Source of the DNA: an uncultured virus (IMG/VR IMGVR_UViG_2061766007_000234)
Lineage: Duplodnaviria > Heunggongvirae > Uroviricota > Caudoviricetes
Length of the DNA: 54,482 bases
Direction: 5' to 3' (one strand)
Virus record (IMG/VR): IMGVR_UViG_2061766007_000234
Part shown: positions 48,230 to 54,482 of the stretch, piece after piece
Layout of the letters: every line of letters begins with the position of its first letter
How positions within the stretch are numbered: position 1 is the first letter of the stretch
Translations under genes and position numbers: made by a program
The notes under the pieces: model-generated
What the model was told of the DNA's origin: nothing
The model's input: only the letters and a program-made list of their open reading frames with translations
Databases searched by the model: none

Positions 48230-48996
48230 AGATTTACACGGAAGAGCACAGAAAATTCTTTCTGGATTTTGTTCCGGGGCACACTGATGTGGAAGTTGCC
48301 GAAGAGTTCAACCGCCGTTTTGACGTAAAAATCACACCGGCAAAGGTTCGTGCTTATAAGGTGAACTACAAACTCAAAAGCGGAACGAAAAGGCCTAAAG
48401 GCTTTGGTTCGATTTTTCCGCCGGAAGTGCGCGAATTCCTGTGCGCGAACAATGCGGGAAAAACTTGTGTGGAAATCACGGAGCTTGTGAACAGCACGTT
48501 CGGCACTGAATACACGGTAGGCCAGATTAAGGCAATCCGTAGCCGTATGCACATAAAGAGCGGGCTTACAGGGTATTTCGAGAAAGGCCATGTTCCAGCG
48601 AATAAAGGCAGGAAAGGCTTTTACAGCAAGGGTTCTGAAAAAGGCTGGTTCAAGAAAGGGCATGTGCCGTATAACAAGGCTCATGTAGGCGATGAAGCAT
48701 GGACGACAGACGGTTATCTGAAAGTAAAGATTGCCGAGCCGAACGTGTGGCGGTTCAAGCATATCATGGAATGGGAAAAGCACAACGGCAAAGTTTCTGA
48801 CGGCTGCTGCATCATCTTTAAGGACGGCGACCATAACAACTGCAATATTGAAAACCTTATGTGCATTACAAGGGCTGAACACTGGGTTCTGAATGCACAG
48901 AGCCTGCGGTCATGTTCGCCGGAGATTACGGAAACAGGCTTGGCGATGACAAGGCTGAAAATGAAGATCCGTGAAATCGAGAGGAAAAAGGAATGA
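48226..48996 (+). CDS. HNH endonuclease family protein
   Basis: 'FEKGHVP' repeats, 'DGYLKVK', 'IFKDGDHNNCNIENL'. Confidence 0.8.
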   Translation: MKIYTEEHRKFFLDFVPGHTDVEVAEEFNRRFDVKITPAKVRAYKVNYKLKSGTKRPKGFGSIFPPEVREFLCANNAGKTCVEITELVNSTFGTEYTVGQIKAIRSRMHIKSGLTGYFEKGHVPANKGRKGFYSKGSEKGWFKKGHVPYNKAHVGDEAWTTDGYLKVKIAEPNVWRFKHIMEWEKHNGKVSDGCCIIFKDGDHNNCNIENLMCITRAEHWVLNAQSLRSCSPEITETGLAMTRLKMKIREIERKKE

Positions 48997-50720
48997 GCGT
49001 AAATAAGATTGTTGAAACACTTAAAGCGGCTGGCGAGGATTTTGAGTGGTATCCGACCACGCAGGAAATCGTTGACCGGCTTGCGGAACATATCTTCAAG
49101 AAAAGGTCTTACGGCAAGGGCGAGTATGAGTGCGACTATTCATCCGTACTCGACATCGGATGCGGCAACGGCTCTTTCTTTGCGAAGATAGACCGGACGG
49201 AGATGCAGAAAACGAATGCGAAAGACGAATACGCTCCGAAGCTGCTGCGCGAACGCTACGGCATCGAGAAGTCTTTCGAGCTTTGCGGAATGCTTCCTGA
49301 TGATGTGGTTATCATCGGCAGCGACTTCAACGAGCAGACGCTTATCGATAAGAAGGTTGACCTGATTTTCTGCAACCCGCCGTATTCGGAGTTTGAAGCG
49401 TGGACGGAACAGATAATCATGCAGGGAAACTGCAAGGCAATCGCGCTTGTTATTCCGTGCCGATGGCGCATGAACCCTCGCATTTCATACGCGCTCAAAA
49501 AGCGCGGAATGAAAGCGGAATCGCTCGGAACGTTCGATTTTATGAACGCCGAACGCAGCGCAAGGGCAAAGGTTGACCTGCTTTTTGTTACGGCTGACGA
49601 TGTGGAGTTTGACGGCCGCCGTTACCGGAAGGAACCGAACGACCCGTTTGACGTGTGGTTTGACGAAACTTTCAAAATCTCTGCCGAAAGGGAAAGCGTT
49701 CACGAATGGGAACGCAAGGAACAGAAGCGGCAGGAGCTTGTTCAGCTTGGCGACACGGCTGAAATGCTTGTCAGATTCTACGGCTCTGATATGGAAAAGC
49801 TCTATTCGAACTACCGTCAGCTTGAGAAGCTGGACGCTGATATTTTTAAGGAGCTGAAAGTTGATGTGAAGAATCTCAAGACCGGCTTGAAAGAACGCAT
49901 AAGCGGCTTGAAGCATCTCTACTGGGATGAGCTTTTCAAGAAGTATGACCGCATCACGCAGAGGCTTACGAGCAAGGGGCGGCGGCGTGTCATAGAGCGG
50001 CTTCACGACAACACTGCGATAGACTTTACTCTCAACAATATCTTTCAGCTTACTTTATGGCTTATCCGTAACAGCAACAAGATGTTCGATGAGCAGATTA
50101 CTGACTACTTCTACAGCCTTTGCAACGCTGAGACAATACACCGCTACAAGAGCAACCTGCGCTGGGGCGAAGATGACTGGCGTTATATCAAGAACGGCTT
50201 TGACGGAACGCATTCCAGAAGCTACATGGACGAACACCGAAAGAAGCTGAAAAACATCATGCTTGACTACCGCATTGTCGTGCAGGCGTGGAGCAACTTT
50301 AAAAGCTCGGATTTTTCAAGTCGGGAAGAAATGAGCGACGACTGCTATGACTTTCTTGGAGATACCTACACAATAGCAGAAAATCTCGGTTTCCCAGTAA
50401 CAAGAATTCTTCCGGAAGATAAACACGATATTTGCATTGAATCATGGCGCAATTTTGATGTGACCCTTGCGGACGGTTCTTTGTTCGCGAACATCAAGCT
50501 GTATAAGAACGGCAACCGGCACGTGAAATTCTGCGAGGAATTCATGCAGAAGCTGAACGTTGAGATGGCTCGCATAAACGGCTGGATTCAGGATAAGGGA
50601 GACGCCGCCTCTGAAATGGGCATGAGCGCGGCTGAAATAGAGCGGTTCTGGGGCAGCAACCAGAAAATAGAAATTGCTGCCGGGAAGCAGCTTCTGGGGC
50701 TTCCGGCACAAAAGGCATAG
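48993..50720 (+). CDS. DNA amino-methyltransferase (DUF4942-associated)
   Basis: 'FEWYPT', 'LDIGCGNG', 'NPPY', 'YKNGNRHVKF'. Confidence 0.8.
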   Translation: MSVNKIVETLKAAGEDFEWYPTTQEIVDRLAEHIFKKRSYGKGEYECDYSSVLDIGCGNGSFFAKIDRTEMQKTNAKDEYAPKLLRERYGIEKSFELCGMLPDDVVIIGSDFNEQTLIDKKVDLIFCNPPYSEFEAWTEQIIMQGNCKAIALVIPCRWRMNPRISYALKKRGMKAESLGTFDFMNAERSARAKVDLLFVTADDVEFDGRRYRKEPNDPFDVWFDETFKISAERESVHEWERKEQKRQELVQLGDTAEMLVRFYGSDMEKLYSNYRQLEKLDADIFKELKVDVKNLKTGLKERISGLKHLYWDELFKKYDRITQRLTSKGRRRVIERLHDNTAIDFTLNNIFQLTLWLIRNSNKMFDEQITDYFYSLCNAETIHRYKSNLRWGEDDWRYIKNGFDGTHSRSYMDEHRKKLKNIMLDYRIVVQAWSNFKSSDFSSREEMSDDCYDFLGDTYTIAENLGFPVTRILPEDKHDICIESWRNFDVTLADGSLFANIKLYKNGNRHVKFCEEFMQKLNVEMARINGWIQDKGDAASEMGMSAAEIERFWGSNQKIEIAAGKQLLGLPAQKA

Positions 50721-50734
50721 TATCGGGAGGAATT

Positions 50735-51328
50735 ATGTCAAAGAGAATAAGGATTCTGGCGGCGGTTTTGTCCGGCTGCTTCGTTCTTTCGCTGTGCTTC
50801 TGCATAGCGTACAAAATGGGTGCTGGCAGCGCGAAGCGCATAGCCGTCAATTTTGAAACTTCGGACAGGCATGCGGAAGAACCGCATAAATACCAGTTTT
50901 TGGATAAACCTGTTTCGGATTACATCTGCTCTTTAAGTGCGGAGCTTGGTATTGATTCAAATTTGGTAGTGGCCATCTTGATGGTGGAAAACCCTGAATT
51001 CAATGCAGACGCAGTACACCGCAATGAAAACGGAACAATAGACTGCGGCCTGTTCCAGCTTAATGACCGCTATATCTGGACGGCGTTTAAGGATTCGTAT
51101 TGGTTCGAGAACCTGGATCTCGATCCGTTTAACTGGAAGCACAGCGCTTACCTTGCAATGCACCATATAGCTTATCTGCAGACAAAGCTGAAAGTCACAG
51201 ACGAGGTTGTAATGGCGTACAATTGCGGAACAGCGGCCGTTATGTCTGACAGAATACCTGACACCACAAGGGCGTATCTGCGCAAGGTGAACACGAACCT
51301 GTTCCTGCTTAACGAAAGGACGCAATGA
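50735..51328 (+). CDS. Lytic transglycosylase (SLT) with an N-terminal membrane anchor
   Basis: 'VEN', 'DCGLFQLN', 'AYNCG'. Confidence 0.8.
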   Translation: MSKRIRILAAVLSGCFVLSLCFCIAYKMGAGSAKRIAVNFETSDRHAEEPHKYQFLDKPVSDYICSLSAELGIDSNLVVAILMVENPEFNADAVHRNENGTIDCGLFQLNDRYIWTAFKDSYWFENLDLDPFNWKHSAYLAMHHIAYLQTKLKVTDEVVMAYNCGTAAVMSDRIPDTTRAYLRKVNTNLFLLNERTQ

Positions 51329-51624
51329 TGAACGGAAATACTTTGATTGCCTGCGTCTGCAAGCCTTACACGATTCAGCTTGACGGCAAGCCCTTTAAGG
51401 TTGATGGAGAGCGGCTTGTCGGGTTCTTTCTTGAGCCTGTCGGCAAGGTCAATCCTTTTGAGATGAAAAAAGGCGGGTTTGATTTTGATAAGCCTTTTTT
51501 CAAGGCTGCCGTCTTTACGGAACAGAAGAACGGTTTTGAGCTTGACGGCACTGTGATTCTAAGCATGAAAGAGTTTCTTGAACGTGTAAAGGACTGGTCG
51601 CCGGTTTTGGTTCCGGCTTTTTAG
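51325..51624 (+). CDS. Hypothetical protein
   Basis: ATGA coupling. Confidence 0.6.
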   Translation: MMNGNTLIACVCKPYTIQLDGKPFKVDGERLVGFFLEPVGKVNPFEMKKGGFDFDKPFFKAAVFTEQKNGFELDGTVILSMKEFLERVKDWSPVLVPAF

Positions 51625-51729
51625 GAGCAGAAAATGAACGCTGATTTGATAATGATTATTATTGTGTGCGCAGTTGCCACGGTATGGTTCTTTTATGACA
51701 CCATAAACAAAAATAAAAGGGGCTAAGAG

Positions 51730-52101
51730 ATGCTTGATTTGAACGAAATTGCAAAGAAATCTTATAAGATAGCGGAGAGACGGTACAGGAACGGCGCTTT
51801 CGGCGCGAAGCAGAATTCAACCCAGAATCTGCTGAAACATTGTGCCGGAGAGGTTGTGGAAGCAATGTCAGCTTTTTCGGACTGGCAGGAAGATGTGAAA
51901 TTCGGCGCTGTTTCAATGGGCGTTACAGACCCTGACTGGAACAGATGCACGCCGAAAGAAGCGTATATATCCGAGCTTGCGGATATTATCTGCTGCGTCT
52001 TGATTATTGCCGGAAAACAAGACATCGACATAGAGAAAGCATTGCTTGACTGCTACGCAAAGAATCTTGCGCGGGCAAACGGAACAGGAGACAAGAAATA
52101 A
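51730..52101 (+). CDS. MazG-like nucleotide pyrophosphohydrolase
   Basis: 'GEVVEA…ELADII…IDIEKAL…KN'. Confidence 0.75.
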   Translation: MLDLNEIAKKSYKIAERRYRNGAFGAKQNSTQNLLKHCAGEVVEAMSAFSDWQEDVKFGAVSMGVTDPDWNRCTPKEAYISELADIICCVLIIAGKQDIDIEKALLDCYAKNLARANGTGDKK

Positions 52102-53553
52102 ATGCCGTATACATACGAAGAATATTTGCACAAGCTCAAAGGTTCAAAAATGACTGAAAATGATTTAAAGGAACTTTTTGATCGGGAAAAATTGAGAGAC
52201 GAGAAATTTCATAATCTGATTGAAGAGAATGAATTACTCATGGGAAAACTGAAAACTGCTAATAAATACAAATATGAAAAGTGCATTGATTGTATCCATG
52301 CGCACATGGATAAAGACGGCAACCACGACTGCGGTTTTATGGACTGTGTTTCTGAACAAGATAAAGAATATCCAGACGAAACAACTTTTGAATCATATTT
52401 GTCTTGTTACGATTGCTTTCAGAAAATTGTCAAACTCAACAAAGCAAAGGAAATAATAAGCAAAATTATAATTGCAGTTACAGAAGGAATATCTGCTGTT
52501 ATTCCACCAATAATAGCAGAAGCAGAGCAATTTTTGAAGGAGAAATGAAAATGCACGAACCAATAAAAGTGAAAGACTTAATCAGAATGTTAGAAAGAGA
52601 AAATCAAGAAAGTTATGTACATATTGCTGTATCAAGTATAGCAGATGTAAATGATGAAGATATTAAGTACAAAAAGTTTGCTTCGGATATAAGTATTGCT
52701 ATCAGAGATAATGGCATTTATTTACTTGCAACACATATTTAAGGAGAGTGAATAGAAATGACTAAAGAAGAAAAAAATCTTGAGATGGATTTGATAGAGA
52801 GAAAAAACTTTGAAAAAGTTCTTGCTGAAAACAAAACTGACTTTATTGTTTTTCAGAAAGGAAAAGGACACTACAAAGTTGTCGGGTATCACATTCTGAA
52901 TGTAGATGGAGATACTACACTAGTGCTTGAACTTGGAAAAAGGATTGAAGGATAAAGTGGAAGAAAATGAATCACTATATATTGCGGACGGTAAAAGAAA
53001 TAAGCACCGGAAGAATAGGAATTGTTATTGATGTATCGACAAATGAAGTATTAGTAGAATTTACTTCTAATTCTAAATGGCTAAAATTATATGAAATAAT
53101 TGAACTTGATTAGGGAGATAAAAGAATGAGATGGTTATTATGTAAATTAGGTTTTCATCAATTTTATGCTAATACCATGAAGTGTAAATATACAGACGGT
53201 GTATATTATTACTCAAATAAATGTATTTGGTGCAGAAAAGAATATACTTGTGAAATTGAAGAAAAGTTTTTTTTTAAACAGAAAAGCTCTGAGGATTGAA
53301 AATGTATTACTATAAATTAAACAATGGAAAAGACAATATTTATGTAGAATATAACCCTTTTGGAAATATTCTGTATCACTGGAATTGTGATACAAAAATA
53401 GTGAAACTAGACAAAGTTTCAGAATATGTTGCTCAAAAATTAATAGCAAACGTATTAAAACCTGTATGCGATGCAGAAATGGAAAGAATATATCATCATA
53501 CTAATGGATTTAAACAGCCAGAGCGCGGTCTTGTTTTCATGAATATAATATAA
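52102..53553 (+). other. Cluster of short AT-rich hypothetical ORFs (52102-52548, about 52551-52742, 52758-52955, about 53296-53553 and smaller)
   Basis: Tandem small ORFs with AGGAG-type RBS; visibly lower GC. Confidence 0.55.
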
Positions 53554-53588
53554 GCTACCCGCGCCGCATTTTGTGACGCGGATAAGTG

Positions 53589-53774
53589 CTATTTATTGAG
53601 GGCAAGCTCCACAAGAAAGCGGCTAACGGTTTTGCCGGCTTTTGATGCTGCTGCTTTTATGTCTTCAATCTCTTCCGGCAGGGCGGAAATTGAGATTGTT
53701 TTGTATTCTACGGTTCGTCCTTTTGAAGTCCCCGCAGGGCGGCCTGCACCCTCTCTTTTTCCGCCTCTAGGCAT
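53589..53774 (-). CDS. Ribbon-helix-helix/AT-hook DNA-binding protein
   Basis: 'MPRGGKREGAGRP…TISI…AGKTVSRF'. Confidence 0.7.
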   Translation of the reverse strand: MPRGGKREGAGRPAGTSKGRTVEYKTISISALPEEIEDIKAAASKAGKTVSRFLVELALNK

Positions 53775-53776
53775 AG

Positions 53777-53869
53777 TTACCCCCAGATTTTCCAAGCAAT
53801 GAAAATCACCACAGCTATGATGATTCCCCTGATTATGTTTTTAAGAAGCAGTTTAGAAGTATTTGACAT
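53777..53869 (-). CDS. 30-aa membrane peptide
   Basis: MSNTSKLLLKNIIRGIIIAVVIFIAWKIWG*; AAGGGGG RBS. Confidence 0.55.
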   Translation of the reverse strand: MSNTSKLLLKNIIRGIIIAVVIFIAWKIWG

Positions 53870-53939
53870 AAAGCCCCCTTTAGGAGTAAACTTTGAGTAA
53901 AGGTGCGGCAAGCCCGAAAGAACTCACCGCACCTCCCCG

Positions 53940-54065
53940 TTAGCCGAAAATCAGCCGGATTATCGCTTCTGCGATTACCGCACTGACAACGGTTACAAGG
54001 ATTTCAATAAGAGCCCGACGAAGTGCTTCCTTCACTTTGCGGGCTTTTTTCTTATTGTTACCCAT
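53940..54065 (-). CDS. 41-aa membrane peptide
   Basis: MGNNKKKARKVKEALRRALIEILVTVVSAVIAEAIIRLIFG*; AAGGAG RBS. Confidence 0.6.
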   Translation of the reverse strand: MGNNKKKARKVKEALRRALIEILVTVVSAVIAEAIIRLIFG

Positions 54066-54243
54066 CGTTTACTCCTTTTAACAAAGATTTCTCACAGTGG
54101 CAACGCCCCTGACAGTTTCAATACTATCATTAATTAGATTAAATATCAATAACTTTTAATCAAAAAACACAAAAAAGCCCTTGAACAATAACCGGAATAC
54201 CTTATGCTGTCAGCTAATACGACGTTATCACGGAGGACTAATT

Positions 54244-54447
54244 ATGAATGATGAAATGAACGACGGCTGGGGCGATGATGTACAGGAAAGCCTTGAAGAT
54301 GTATTCGGCAAGCTCGAAAAGCTCATGTACGAGGTGAGGAACTGCGTGCGGGGCGGATATACACGGTGCAATACACAGCCGGAGCTTGCGGACTATATCC
54401 GCTCGCTTGCATCCGACCTTGAAGCTGCGGCAGATACAATCGGCTAA
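54244..54447 (+). CDS. Hypothetical protein
   Basis: GGAGG RBS before ATG 54244. Confidence 0.6.
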   Translation: MNDEMNDGWGDDVQESLEDVFGKLEKLMYEVRNCVRGGYTRCNTQPELADYIRSLASDLEAAADTIG

Positions 54448-54482
54448 TCGTATGCAGCCAAAGAACCGCCGTTCGGAACGGC

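Noticed and set aside
53596..53802. Plus-strand ORF and the many other antisense ORFs in the track
   Set aside because: Shadows of well-supported genes on the opposite strand, with no RBS or recognisable motif
1..54482. tRNA/rRNA genes, terminase, alternative genetic code
   Set aside because: None recognised by eye; genes read normally in the standard code; terminase presumably lies outside the window

Overview
Near-complete genome of a temperate contractile-tailed (myovirus-type) phage, linearised inside the portal gene; no terminase is visible in the window. The host is probably a spirochaete such as Treponema (inference from gene content and the spirochaete-like lipoprotein signal). Order on the + strand: portal C-terminus; accessory block (PD-(D/E)xK toxin-like protein, SGNH-hydrolase protein, class-3 lipase); MuF fused to an ADP-ribosyltransferase plus a likely immunity gene; a 1-kb non-coding repeat region; head, tail and baseplate genes; a tail-fibre gene targeted by a complete diversity-generating retroelement (VR, avd, TR, RT with an atypical FNDD motif); lysis genes with nested spanin-like genes; an intact attP-like region and integrase; cI with an operator array; two C4/CI-like antisense-RNA modules around a Bro-N antirepressor; and early recombination/replication genes (SF2 helicase, SbcD-SbcC fusion, HU, ParB, initiator, DnaC-like loader, SSB, MTase). 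The least explained signals are two related iteron/AT-rich arrays far from the initiator gene, nested loop-complementary RNA structures in the immunity region, the FNDD RT, and a toxin frame with no start codon behind the portal. Family names were recognised by eye from motifs and synteny; no searches were run.
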